From NCBI GenBank assembly GCA_947479755.1, contig CANKAM010000011.1:20488-84487 (forward strand): DNA of 64,000 nucleotides, read 5' to 3'. Each line of letters starts with the position of its first letter. Position 1 is the first letter of the stretch. The notes beneath the pieces were generated by a model, which made no database searches, was not told the origin of the DNA, and worked only from the letters and a program-made list of their open reading frames with translations. The position numbers and the translations under genes are program-made. The DNA comes from Bacteroidota bacterium (lineage in GTDB: Bacteria > Bacteroidota > Bacteroidia > SXHM01). This document shows, piece by piece, positions 36,692 to 45,950 of this stretch.

Positions 36692-37888
36692 ATGAAAATT
36701 TTTATTATTATTTTATTTTTGCTGAGTTCCTTCCAAGCGTTTGCTCAAATAGATTGGGTTGTATATAATACTTCCAATTCTGGAATTCCTCACAATGTAG
36801 TTGAGGACATTACGTTTGATGCCAGTGGTAATATTTGGGTAGCAACCTATGGCGGTGTGGGGAAATTCGATGGGGCAAATTGGACTGCATATACCACCGC
36901 AAATTCTATTCTACCAAGTAACGTATGCTATTCGATTAAAGCTGATGCTGATACTATTTGGATTGGCTCAGTATATGGTTTAATAAAATTTGATGGCACG
37001 AATTGGACAAGTTATCCTTATGGATATGTGGTTTCAATGGCATTTGAAGAGAATGGAACGAAATGGTTTGGCGGGTATCAGACAGGATTAGTAAAATACG
37101 ATGGAAGTACTTGGACCCGATATGATGCTTCCAACTCTGATCTTACAGACAGTACCTATTATTCAATTAATATTGATAGTGTGAATAATAAATGGTTTGC
37201 TACCCCAGAGGGGGTATTCAAATTTGATGATATCGATTGGACACAATTTACTATAGGAAATTCTGATATACCCGGGAATATTATTGTAGCTCTTAGTATT
37301 GATGCAAATGATACGAAATGGATTGGGGTTGCAGAATTGGGCATGGGGCAATTTGATGATGTTATCTGGATCGGCTATGACACCCTCAATTCGGGGTTGC
37401 CTTCAAATTATGTGAATGCAGAAATTGCTTTTGATGAGAATGGTGATAAATGGATTGGTACTTCTACCAAAGGACTTGCATTTTTTGATAATACCACATG
37501 GACTACCTTTAATATGACGAATTCGGAATTACCATCAAATGCAGTCGAAGCAGTTTCAGTAGATAATGTAGGTAATAAATGGATAGGAACCTATGGTGAA
37601 GGTTTAGCGGTGTATCGTGAAAATGGGGTTATTCTATCAAACAATGATATTGCAAAGTCACAACCTGCAATTTATGTTTATCCTAATCCTGCAACTAATT
37701 ACTCTACAGTTGTAACTTCATTTAAGGGCACTTACCAATTGCAAGATATAACCGGCAAGGTATTGTTAACCGGCAGCGTAACTGCAACCAAGTTTAGTTT
37801 AGATATAAGCGCACTCAGCAAAGGCATTTATTTACTAAGCCTTTTTGATGGTGAGCAGCAGGTGAACAGGAAGGTGGTAAAAGAGTAA
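36692..37888 (+). CDS. Two-component-regulator-propeller-like repeat protein (NWT.Y...NS.LPSN.V..I..D..GN.WIGT) with a T9SS C-terminal sorting domain
   Basis: Signal peptide. At least seven repeats of about 45 aa with W-T-Y/F and WIGT motifs. The CTD is near-identical, at the DNA level too, to that of the preceding gene. Confidence 0.65.
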   Translation: MKIFIIILFLLSSFQAFAQIDWVVYNTSNSGIPHNVVEDITFDASGNIWVATYGGVGKFDGANWTAYTTANSILPSNVCYSIKADADTIWIGSVYGLIKFDGTNWTSYPYGYVVSMAFEENGTKWFGGYQTGLVKYDGSTWTRYDASNSDLTDSTYYSINIDSVNNKWFATPEGVFKFDDIDWTQFTIGNSDIPGNIIVALSIDANDTKWIGVAELGMGQFDDVIWIGYDTLNSGLPSNYVNAEIAFDENGDKWIGTSTKGLAFFDNTTWTTFNMTNSELPSNAVEAVSVDNVGNKWIGTYGEGLAVYRENGVILSNNDIAKSQPAIYVYPNPATNYSTVVTSFKGTYQLQDITGKVLLTGSVTATKFSLDISALSKGIYLLSLFDGEQQVNRKVVKE

Positions 37889-38011
37889 GCTATTTAAGAT
37901 TTAATAAGTAAGAGGTAATATTTGCTGGCGGTCTGCCTGTAACTATTACCTCTTACTTTTTACCTAATACATCTTTTTATAAGGCGTATATTTGTGCAAA
38001 CAAAATATACT

Positions 38012-38251
38012 ATGAGCACAACAGAAATAAAACAGCACCTTCACCAATACATAGATAAAGCAGACCAACGCTTTCTCAATATGATTTATGCTTTAACAAA
38101 AGAATATGCGAACTATACCGTTGTTTTGAGTGACGAAGAAAAAAAAGCTGCCGACAAGGGTTTAGCCTCCATAGCAAAAGGAAAAACGGTTCCTCATGCT
38201 AAGGTTATTTCAACCATGAAAAAGAAATATCCTTCCCTTAAGTTCAAATGA
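38012..38251 (+). CDS. Putative addiction-module antitoxin component (CHP02574-like)
   Basis: 79 aa from the ATG at 38012; the ORF-track start is GTG. MSTTEIKQHLHQYIDKADQRFLNMIYAL fits the small helical antitoxin pattern (EIK..L...ID.ADD..L..IY.L). Its TGA stop overlaps the ATG of the downstream RelE/ParE-like gene (ATGA). Confidence 0.5.
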   Translation: MSTTEIKQHLHQYIDKADQRFLNMIYALTKEYANYTVVLSDEEKKAADKGLASIAKGKTVPHAKVISTMKKKYPSLKFK

Positions 38252-38537
38252 AGAAAATAATCTGGTCAGCAGATGCTGTTTCTGATTATGAGCAAAATAT
38301 TGAATATTTGCTTGACGAATGGGGCATTAAAGAAACACAACAATTTATTGATTAAATAGCTGAAATGCTGAATACTATTTCTAAAATGCCCGAATTATTT
38401 CCGTTGAGTGATTATCGCGACATCAGAAAATGTGTGGTTCGCAAACAGATCAGCATTATATACACCGTTAAAGATGATAAGATTGAACTCGTAAGGGTTT
38501 GGAATAACAAACAAAATCCAAAAAAGCTGAAGGATTA
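38248..38537 (+). pseudogene. RelE/ParE-family toxin gene interrupted by an in-frame TAA at codon 36 (38353-38355)
   Basis: Single continuous frame MKKIIWSADAVSDYEQNIEYLLDEWGIKETQQFID-stop-IAEMLNTISKMPELFPLSDYRDIRKCVVRKQISIIYTVKDDKIELVRVWNNKQNPKKLKD. The stop replaces an expected Lys (gat TAA ata, where AAA is expected). The rest is intact and RelE/ParE-like. Confidence 0.6.
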
Positions 38538-38582
38538 AAAAACAAATTCTGCCTCCTGCTGTTTACCTGTTCGGGTATATAA

Positions 38583-40391
38583 ATGAAACACCTCTTCTAC
38601 CTCAATAAATATTTTATTCGTTATAAAGGACTGCTCATCATGGGCATTCTGTTTGTAACCATCTCTAATCTGTTTGCCATTTTTCCGGCACAGATTATTC
38701 GTCATGCGCTGGATGTGGTGGTGCAGACCATCAGCGTTTATAATCTTTTCTATGGTTTTGAAATGCAAAGTCCCTTAGGCGATTTACTGGATAAAACGCT
38801 ATTGATTTTTGGGATGGTGGTTATTTCGCTTGCCTTGCTGAAAGGAGTGTTCATGTTCTTTATGCGGCAAACCATTATCGTCATGTCGCGCCACATTGAG
38901 TACGACCTGAAGAACGATATTTATGAGCAATACCAACGCCTGAGCCTTGCCTTTTTCAAGCGCAACAACACAGGCGATTTAATGGCGCGCATCAGCGAAG
39001 ATGTAAGCCGTGCGCGCATGTATGTGGGTCCTGCAGTGATGTATTCCATTAACCTGGTGGTGCTTGCTGTGCTGTGTATTTGGGCCATGCTGAGCGTAAA
39101 TGTGGAACTAACTTTATTTGTCTTGCTGCCACTCCCCTTTCTTTCAATTGCCATCTATTATGTAAGCACCATGATAGACCAAAAAAGCGAACAGGTACAG
39201 GCGCAACTCTCCCGCCTTTCCACCTTTGTGCAAGAAACCTTTTCGGGCATTCGGGTGATAAAAGCCTACACCCGCGAAAAGGAAATGGAGCAGGAGTTTG
39301 TTAAAGAAACCAACGAGTATAAAGACAAGAGCATGGAGTTGGTGCGCATCAATTCGCTCTTCTTTCCTATTATGCTTTTGCTCATTGGATTAAGCACCCT
39401 GCTAACCATTTACATTGGCGGGAAACAGGTTATTGCAGGAAAAATAACATCGGGAAACATTGCCGAATTCATCATCTACATCAACATGCTTACCTGGCCT
39501 TTTACCGCAGTGGGTTGGGTAACTTCCATTATCCAACGTGCGGCAGCATCACAGCGCAGGATTAATGAATTTCTGCTACAGAAACCTGAAATAGAAAACC
39601 CATCCTCACAACCCACCGAGGTTAAAGGCGAGATTGTTTTTGATAACGTGAGTTTTGTTTATCCCGACTCGGGAATACAGGCGTTGAAGAATGTGTCCTT
39701 TAAAGTAGAGCCCGGAAAATCATTAGCCGTAATCGGTCGCACCGGCTCAGGTAAATCAACCATTGCTGCCCTGATTACCCGCCTTTACGACACAACCCAG
39801 GGCAACCTTTTTATTGACGGCAAAAACATACGCGAAAGCAACCTGTATGAATTGCGCAAACAAACAGGATATGTTCCGCAGGAAGTTTTTCTGTTCTCGG
39901 ATAATGTGTTTAACAACATTGCGTTCGGGATTAAGAAGGAAAGCTTTACAGGAAATCTTAAAGAAGCCGTTGAGCAAGCAGCAAAAGATGCCGCGGTGTA
40001 TGACAACATAATGGATTTCCCCGCAAAGTTCGACACCATGCTGGGCGAAAGAGGAATTACCCTTTCAGGCGGACAAAAACAGCGTGTTTCCATAGCCCGC
40101 GCCATTATCCAAAACCCTCGTATCCTTATTTTTGATGACTGCCTGAGTGCGGTTGATACCGAAACCGAAGAGATAATTCTGGGCAACCTGCGCAGGATTA
40201 TGAAAGGGAAAACATCGATTATTATCAGTCACCGCGTGTCATCTGTAAAAGATGCTGATACTATTATTGTATTGGATGGAGGAGAAATTATTGAGCGCGG
40301 AACGCATCAAGATTTGATGCAATCTAAAGGTGCTTACTACGAACTTTACCAGAAACAACTCCTGGAAGAGGAGAAAACAGAAGCTGCTTAG
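38583..40391 (+). CDS. ABC exporter, fused permease-ATPase (MsbA-like)
   Basis: Six N-terminal TM helices, then Walker A GRTGSGKST, signature LSGGQKQRVSIARA, and Walker B ILIFDDCLSAVD. 602 aa. Confidence 0.9.
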   Translation: MKHLFYLNKYFIRYKGLLIMGILFVTISNLFAIFPAQIIRHALDVVVQTISVYNLFYGFEMQSPLGDLLDKTLLIFGMVVISLALLKGVFMFFMRQTIIVMSRHIEYDLKNDIYEQYQRLSLAFFKRNNTGDLMARISEDVSRARMYVGPAVMYSINLVVLAVLCIWAMLSVNVELTLFVLLPLPFLSIAIYYVSTMIDQKSEQVQAQLSRLSTFVQETFSGIRVIKAYTREKEMEQEFVKETNEYKDKSMELVRINSLFFPIMLLLIGLSTLLTIYIGGKQVIAGKITSGNIAEFIIYINMLTWPFTAVGWVTSIIQRAAASQRRINEFLLQKPEIENPSSQPTEVKGEIVFDNVSFVYPDSGIQALKNVSFKVEPGKSLAVIGRTGSGKSTIAALITRLYDTTQGNLFIDGKNIRESNLYELRKQTGYVPQEVFLFSDNVFNNIAFGIKKESFTGNLKEAVEQAAKDAAVYDNIMDFPAKFDTMLGERGITLSGGQKQRVSIARAIIQNPRILIFDDCLSAVDTETEEIILGNLRRIMKGKTSIIISHRVSSVKDADTIIVLDGGEIIERGTHQDLMQSKGAYYELYQKQLLEEEKTEAA

Positions 40392-40404
40392 TGTCTCGTA
40401 AGTC

Positions 40405-40472
40405 GTCACCCTGAACTTGTTTCAGGGTCTTATTAAGAGAGATACTGAAACAAGTTCAGCATGACAAACTGC
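40405..40472. repeat. Second member of the GTCACCCTGA...GCATGACAAA hairpin family; 21-bp arms with 2 mismatches and a 19-nt loop
   Basis: GTCACCCTGAACTTGTTTCAG (40405-40425) pairs with CTGAAACAAGTTCAGCATGAC (40445-40465). The termini are identical to the 14283 element, but the inner stem sequence is different and compensatory. Confidence 0.55.
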
Positions 40473-40482
40473 ATAAAAAAAG

Positions 40483-40521
40483 CGTCCCGTCTGCCTGAGG
40501 CAGACGGGACGCTTTTTTATT
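40483..40521 (+). terminator. Rho-independent terminator GCGTCCCGTCTGCC-TGA-GGCAGACGGGACGC plus a T-tract; bidirectional, with an A-tract on the other side
   Basis: 14-bp perfect GC-rich stem flanked by aaaaaaa and tttttta. Lies between the convergent ABC exporter (+) and rpmE2 (-). Confidence 0.8.
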
Positions 40522-40536
40522 TAATTGAAGTTATTT

Positions 40537-40821
40537 CTATCCTTCAGTAGTTGTTTCAGGTCTTGCAGACTCTGTACGACCTTTGTAACGGTTACGGAAT
40601 TTATCAACGCGACCTGCAGTGTCAACCAATTTCATTTTACCTGTATAGAACGGGTGAGATTTATCAGAAATCTCTAATTTCACTAATGGATACTCAACAC
40701 CATCTTCATGTGTAATGGTTTCTTTTGTCTCAACAGTTGAGCGGCAAACGAATGAATAATCCATTGACATGTCTTTAAATACAACAAGTCTGTAGTTAGC
40801 TGGGTGTAATTCTTTTTTCAT
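40537..40821 (-). CDS. rpmE2: 50S ribosomal protein L31, type B (zinc-independent paralogue)
   Basis: [17 protein letters not shown]...[13 protein letters not shown] with no CxxC pair. The ATG at 40821 is taken as the start; the ORF-track start is TTG. Confidence 0.75.
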   Translation of the reverse strand: MKKELHPANYRLVVFKDMSMDYSFVCRSTVETKETITHEDGVEYPLVKLEISDKSHPFYTGKMKLVDTAGRVDKFRNRYKGRTESARPETTTEG

Positions 40822-40953
40822 CTTCTTATTTTTTAGAGGGCGCAAATATAGATATTTCATTTTACCTGCCAAATATATTTACTGACTAAGTAACAAATAT
40901 TAGGTGTCTTATTCAGGAAAAAATATATTTTTGCGCCCTCAATTATCAAAAAC

Positions 40954-41634
40954 ATGGCAAAAGTAAAGGAAAACGAAGAAGTAATTATCAATGCAGAAAG
41001 CGCTTACGATAAGACTGAGCAGTTTTTTGAGGACAATCAAAAAATCATTATTGGCGTTGTGGCTGCACTCATCATAATTATTGGCGGTTATGTAGGATAC
41101 AAAAAATTCATTGTTGCTCCTAAACAAACTGAAGCTGCTTCACAAATGTTCCGTGCCGAGCAGTATTTTCAACAAGATTCTTTCCGCATTGCTTTGGACG
41201 GCAAAGGACAATACCCCGGTTTCCTTCAAATCATTGATGATTACAGTATGACGGAGGCTGCCAACCTTTCTTATTACTATGCCGGTGTTAGTTACCTGCA
41301 CCTTGGCGAATACGAAAATGCTATTGAATACTTAGGCAAATTTGATTCAGATGATGAAGTACTGAGCGTTATTGCAGATGGAGCACAAGGAGATGCTTAC
41401 ATGGAATTAGGCGAAACCGATAAAGCTATCAGTGCATACATTGCAGCTGCTGACGATAACAATAACAAATTCACCTCACCTGTTTACCTGATGAAAGCCG
41501 CACAGGCTTTAGAAGGCAAAGGCGAAACTGAAAAAGCAGTCAAATTATACGAGCGTCTGGAAAAAGAATTTCCTACTTCAAACGAAGGCCGCTCTGCCGA
41601 GAAGTATAAAGCAAGAGCGAAAGCATCGTTATAA
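40954..41634 (+). CDS. Membrane-anchored TPR-like protein
   Basis: One N-terminal TM helix (IIIGVVAALIIIIGGYVGY), then helical repeats (YYAGVSYLHLGEYENAIEYL..., GDAYMELGETDKAISAY). Confidence 0.5.
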   Translation: MAKVKENEEVIINAESAYDKTEQFFEDNQKIIIGVVAALIIIIGGYVGYKKFIVAPKQTEAASQMFRAEQYFQQDSFRIALDGKGQYPGFLQIIDDYSMTEAANLSYYYAGVSYLHLGEYENAIEYLGKFDSDDEVLSVIADGAQGDAYMELGETDKAISAYIAAADDNNNKFTSPVYLMKAAQALEGKGETEKAVKLYERLEKEFPTSNEGRSAEKYKARAKASL

Positions 41635-41643
41635 GCCCATCAC

Positions 41644-42135
41644 TTGGCTTCTGCACTAAAAAATTTATCAAAGCACGACAGCAGCAAAATCCCTACTGCA
41701 AAAGGAATGCGGTTTGCCCTTGTTGTTTCGGAATGGAACGATGAGATTACCTACGCTCTGCGCGATGGAGCCATTAATACACTTGCACAATACGGAGCAA
41801 AAGAGAAAAACATTTCGGTACATTATGTTCCCGGAAGTTTTGAACTGACTGCCGGAGCCAAATGGGTAGCCGACACAAAAAAGTTTGATGCTATTATATG
41901 CCTTGGTTGCGTGATACAAGGCGAAACCCGCCACTTTGACTTTATCTGCAACGCGGTTGCCATTGGTCTTACTGACTTAAATACCACTTACAGTTTACCC
42001 TTCATTTTCGGAGTACTTACACCCGAAAACATGCAGCAGGCAAAAGCCCGTGCAGGAGGGAAACATGGTAATAAAGGTGTGGAAGCTGCAGTGACTGCTA
42101 TTAAGATGGTGGCGTTGAAAAAGAGCCTCACCTAA
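41644..42135 (+). CDS. ribH: 6,7-dimethyl-8-ribityllumazine synthase
   Basis: RFALVVSEWNDEIT, GSFEL, and AIICLGCVIQGETRHFDFIC are lumazine synthase signatures. The conserved N-terminus (MASALKNLS) requires the TTG start at 41644. Confidence 0.9.
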   Translation: MASALKNLSKHDSSKIPTAKGMRFALVVSEWNDEITYALRDGAINTLAQYGAKEKNISVHYVPGSFELTAGAKWVADTKKFDAIICLGCVIQGETRHFDFICNAVAIGLTDLNTTYSLPFIFGVLTPENMQQAKARAGGKHGNKGVEAAVTAIKMVALKKSLT

Positions 42136-42137
42136 AT

Positions 42138-42160
42138 CCTCTCCAAAGGAGAGGACTTTT
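42138..42160 (+). terminator. Terminator hairpin CCTCTCC-AAA-GGAGAGG plus a T-tract after ribH. A second hairpin CCCTTCTCC-TTA-GGAGAAGGG at 42192-42212 may serve the convergent gene.
   Basis: Perfect 7-bp GC stem followed by acTTTT. The second hairpin has a 9-bp perfect stem. Confidence 0.5.
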
Positions 42161-42225
42161 CCAATAACTTTCTTATGAGTATCACTCTGTTCCCTTCTCC
42201 TTAGGAGAAGGGTTAGGGATGAGGC

Positions 42226-44127
42226 TTAATATAATACTCTGAATCGTATCGTGTGGTCAATTTTCTTGAACTCACTGATAACATCCTCATTATACTCTTT
42301 ATCTATATCAGTAATCAGGTAGCCGATGCTGCCTGTTGTTTTAAGATATTGCCCGAGTATATTAATTCCGTAACGAGCAAAAATACTGTTGATTTTTGCC
42401 ATAATACCTGGAACATTTTTATGCAAATGCAACAGACGATGTGCCTTATTCAGTTCTGGCAATTGAAGATTGGGGAGATTTACACTTGTAAAAGAGTTTC
42501 CTGTGTTGATGTATTTAATGATGTGCTCTGGCACATAGGCAGCAATGTTGCGTTGCGCTTCTTCAGTACTGCCGCCAACATGCGGAGTAAGAATGGTGTT
42601 GGGCAAGCCACGTAATTCTGTTTTAAATTCCTCATCATTTGTCTTCGGTTCATACGGATAAACATCAACTCCTGCTCCGCGTATTTTTCCGTTCTTAATG
42701 TATTTTTCCAAAGCCTTAATATCCACCACATGACCGCGACTGAGGTTTAGGAAAATGATTCCATCTTTCATCATTTTGAATTCATCTTCGCCAATAAGGT
42801 TGGTATTTGTTTCGCTGCCGTCAACGTGAAGCGTAATGATATCGGCTTTCTTTAACAATTCACGAAGTGAGCCACATTTGTATGCATTTCCGAGTGAAAG
42901 TTTTTCCATTGTATCATAATACATCACCTGCATTCCCAGTGATTCAGCAAGGACAGAAAGTTGGGAGCCTATGTTTCCGTAACCAATAATTCCCAATTTT
43001 TTTCCTCGTATTTCAAAACTTCCTTTTGCTGATTTGTCCCATTTGCCTTCGTGCAACATTTTGCTTTTATCGGTGATATTGCGTTGCAGCATAATTATTT
43101 CACCAATGGCTAACTCAACCACACTGCGGGTATTACTGTACGGGGCATTAAAAACTGCTACACCTTTTTTCAACGCTTCATCCAAATCAATCTGATTAGT
43201 ACCAATGCAGAAAGCGCCAATAGCCAACAACCTGTCTGCATTTTTCAGTACTTCTTTTGTTACCATTGTTTTTGAGCGAATGCCCAAAACAGAAACACCT
43301 TTAATGGCTTCTGAAAGTTCGGCTTCGGTCATTGCCCCTGAGTGGGTTTCGACCTGATAACCTTCTTCTTTCATAATTTCCAATGCATCAGTATGTACGT
43401 TCTCAAGCAAGAGAACTTTAATGCGGTTTTTGGGATACGAGATATTCATGGGCAATTTATTTACGTAAAGAAATTCATCAAAACTTGGTGTGATATGATC
43501 GGCACGATCGAGAATATTGGCGCGCTCAATATTTTCGGTATAGGCAAAAAATTTGTGCGCAAGTCCTGCCTCACGCATCTGATAGTCGCTATAACCATCA
43601 CCGATTACATATATTTCTCCATCAAGGTTCAACTCTTTTAGCTGACCAATTTTCCCGTTGGGTTGTGCGAGGTGATTGTTGCGGTCGAAGCCAATGATGT
43701 TATCTTCCTCATCAAAGGTGAATGTGTTGGCATACACACGTTCCGAAGGGATTTTGTATGCAGCAACAATTGGGTCTACAAACTCTTTGAAGCCACCGGA
43801 TATGACATAGATATTTTCAGAATTTTTGCGAAAGAACTCTTTGTTGCTTTTAATGGATTTAGAAATTTTACTCTTCAACTTCTTCACCAAAACATCAAGG
43901 TGTTCGCGCTTTGCATGGAGCAAAAGAATTCTTCGTTCGAGCGATTCGGTAAATGTGATGGTGCCGTCAACTCCAAGGTCGGTGATATGACCAATTTCTT
44001 TTACTACTTTGTTTTTATCCTTGTTGCCTTTGAGCGCTATGGCTGCTAATTCTTCAAACGCTTCAACAGCAGTGAGCGTGCTGTCGAAATCAAAGACATA
44101 GTATTTTTGTTTAGGAACTATTTGCAT
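42226..44127 (-). CDS. Fusion protein: HAD-family phosphoserine-phosphatase-like domain (N) plus D-3-phosphoglycerate dehydrogenase with a C-terminal ACT domain
   Basis: N-terminal HAD motifs FDFDSTLT (DxDxT), ...VISGGF, GDGYSD. Then 2-hydroxyacid dehydrogenase text (GKKLGIIGYGNIGSQL Rossmann, catalytic R/E/H region) and an ACT-like tail. Confidence 0.8.
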   Translation of the reverse strand: MQIVPKQKYYVFDFDSTLTAVEAFEELAAIALKGNKDKNKVVKEIGHITDLGVDGTITFTESLERRILLLHAKREHLDVLVKKLKSKISKSIKSNKEFFRKNSENIYVISGGFKEFVDPIVAAYKIPSERVYANTFTFDEEDNIIGFDRNNHLAQPNGKIGQLKELNLDGEIYVIGDGYSDYQMREAGLAHKFFAYTENIERANILDRADHITPSFDEFLYVNKLPMNISYPKNRIKVLLLENVHTDALEIMKEEGYQVETHSGAMTEAELSEAIKGVSVLGIRSKTMVTKEVLKNADRLLAIGAFCIGTNQIDLDEALKKGVAVFNAPYSNTRSVVELAIGEIIMLQRNITDKSKMLHEGKWDKSAKGSFEIRGKKLGIIGYGNIGSQLSVLAESLGMQVMYYDTMEKLSLGNAYKCGSLRELLKKADIITLHVDGSETNTNLIGEDEFKMMKDGIIFLNLSRGHVVDIKALEKYIKNGKIRGAGVDVYPYEPKTNDEEFKTELRGLPNTILTPHVGGSTEEAQRNIAAYVPEHIIKYINTGNSFTSVNLPNLQLPELNKAHRLLHLHKNVPGIMAKINSIFARYGINILGQYLKTTGSIGYLITDIDKEYNEDVISEFKKIDHTIRFRVLY

Positions 44128-44212
44128 ATCAGGCGCAAAAATACCATTGCAAGAGGACAGATTGCACTGAAAAAATAAAAATCATCAACATCGATTGTTG
44201 AAAATAGAAACT

Positions 44213-45436
44213 TCAATTCAAGGCCTCTTCAACCACTTCCGACAATGGCTTTACACCTTCAAAATAAGACAATATTTTTTTGAGCACTGCATCAACTATT
44301 GCATCAGGGCAAGATGCTCCGCTGGTTATTGCGATGTTTACTATAGCTTTATCGGGAAGATAGTTTGATGAGATTTTAAGTTCTTGCGTATGAAAATTGC
44401 TATGGCGGATTTCTTTCTCTGATATAATTTCTTTTTCGGAACTAATGAAATAGGTTGGAAATTTACGCTCGCATAATTCAACTAAGTGCGATGTATTAGA
44501 ACTATTGTAACCTCCTACTACTATTGCTATATCTGCATCCTGTTCCAATAAACCATAAGTGGCTTGCTGGTTGTCGTTGGTAGCATAACAGAGTGTGTCG
44601 CGGGTGTCTGCAAAATGATTTTTCAAATCTGCTTCACCGAATTTTTGAAGCATTATATTTTTCAGGTAATCAGCAATCTCCTGAGTTTCCGAAGCAAGCA
44701 TGGTGGTTTGGTTTACTACTCCAATTCTATCTAAATCCCTTTCCGGGTTAAAGTTGGAAGAAGACCTGCTGCCAAAATGTTTATCAAATTCTGACAAGGG
44801 AAGTTTGCCAAGAATAATATCACCCAGAATTATTGTCTCTTCAATATTTTTTACAACCAATGTTGGTGCAGTCTGGTCGCTATGTGAAAATGTTGCGCGC
44901 GTTTCTTCATGATTAGATTTTCCGTGAATGATGATGGTATGATTTTCCTGACCGAGTTTTTCTGATTTCTTCCAAACGCGCTCTACAAAAGGACAAGTGG
45001 TATTATAGGTTTGCGGATTAATTCCGATATCATTCAACTTTTTTTCAATTTCCAGTGTTGTTCCGAAAGCAGGAATTATCACAATGTCATCGCTATTCAA
45101 TTCACTCCAGGGAATGAATTGGTTGCCTTCGGTATCCATGATAAATTTAATCCCACGCTGCTGCAAGTCATTATTTACATCGGGATTATGAATCATTTGA
45201 CTAAGTAGAAAAATTCGTTTATCAGGATTTTCTTCTAAAGCTCGGTAGGATATTTCAATGGCATTTTCAACTCCGTAACAAAATCCAAAATGCCTTGCGA
45301 TAAAAAAACGTACAGGTCCAAAGTCAAGCACCGTTGGCGCAAAATCCTTTTTGCGCGGGTCGCTGTCTTTGCGATTTTGTTTTATAGACCCAATTACTGA
45401 AGAGCGGTAAAAGGCTGGTATGTTAAACTCTTTCAT
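44213..45436 (-). CDS. ispH: 4-hydroxy-3-methylbut-2-enyl diphosphate reductase (long Bacteroidota form)
   Basis: Three Fe-S cysteine contexts GFCYGV, TTCPFV and SGASCPD, plus the HNxxV motif (MIHNPDVN). 407 aa. Confidence 0.9.
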   Translation of the reverse strand: MKEFNIPAFYRSSVIGSIKQNRKDSDPRKKDFAPTVLDFGPVRFFIARHFGFCYGVENAIEISYRALEENPDKRIFLLSQMIHNPDVNNDLQQRGIKFIMDTEGNQFIPWSELNSDDIVIIPAFGTTLEIEKKLNDIGINPQTYNTTCPFVERVWKKSEKLGQENHTIIIHGKSNHEETRATFSHSDQTAPTLVVKNIEETIILGDIILGKLPLSEFDKHFGSRSSSNFNPERDLDRIGVVNQTTMLASETQEIADYLKNIMLQKFGEADLKNHFADTRDTLCYATNDNQQATYGLLEQDADIAIVVGGYNSSNTSHLVELCERKFPTYFISSEKEIISEKEIRHSNFHTQELKISSNYLPDKAIVNIAITSGASCPDAIVDAVLKKILSYFEGVKPLSEVVEEALN

Positions 45437-45448
45437 TTAGGGTGCAAT

Positions 45449-45568
45449 TTATAGGAAGAAAACAGAAGCAAGAATAAATATCGCAATCATGGCTATTAAA
45501 GTCCACAACATATCATTCTGGATATAGACTTTATAGGTTTCCCAGAATTTCTTCAATTCGTTCTTCAT
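45449..45568 (-). CDS. 39-aa single-TM peptide (MKNELKKFWETYKVYIQNDMLWTLIAMIAIFILASVFFL), translationally coupled to the mazG-like gene
   Basis: Its ATG overlaps the TGA of the upstream gene (ATGA). Ends 12 nt before the ispH start. Not in the ORF track because it is under 60 aa. Confidence 0.35.
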   Translation of the reverse strand: MKNELKKFWETYKVYIQNDMLWTLIAMIAIFILASVFFL

Positions 45569-45891
45569 TTTAGTTTCGGGTTATTCTTGTGGCGCTCAGT
45601 ATCTCGCTTGGTTTTCTTCTCAAGGTTTTTATTCAGTTCAGTTGTTAAGTCAACACCTGTCTGGTTGGCTATGCAAAGCAACACAAATAAAACATCAGCC
45701 AACTCTTCACCTAATTCATATTTTTTATCGCTTTCCTTGAAACTTTGTTCACCATATTTACGCGACATAATCCGAGCAACTTCTCCCACTTCTTCGGTTA
45801 GAATTGCCATATTGGTTAGTTCATTGTAATAACGAACTCCGTTTGTTTTAATCCATTCGTCAACGGTTTGCTGGGCTTGGGATATAGTCAT
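45565..45891 (-). CDS. MazG-like nucleotide pyrophosphohydrolase (single-domain)
   Basis: LTEEVGEVARIM...ELGEELADVLFVLLCIANQTGVDL is the MazG/NTP-PPase EExxE...ELxD motif pair. 108 aa. Confidence 0.75.
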   Translation of the reverse strand: MTISQAQQTVDEWIKTNGVRYYNELTNMAILTEEVGEVARIMSRKYGEQSFKESDKKYELGEELADVLFVLLCIANQTGVDLTTELNKNLEKKTKRDTERHKNNPKLK

Positions 45892-45950
45892 GTTAAATGT
45901 TTTCGCAAAAGTAAAAACTTTAAATTTGCCTTTCCATTTAATTTCCCAAA

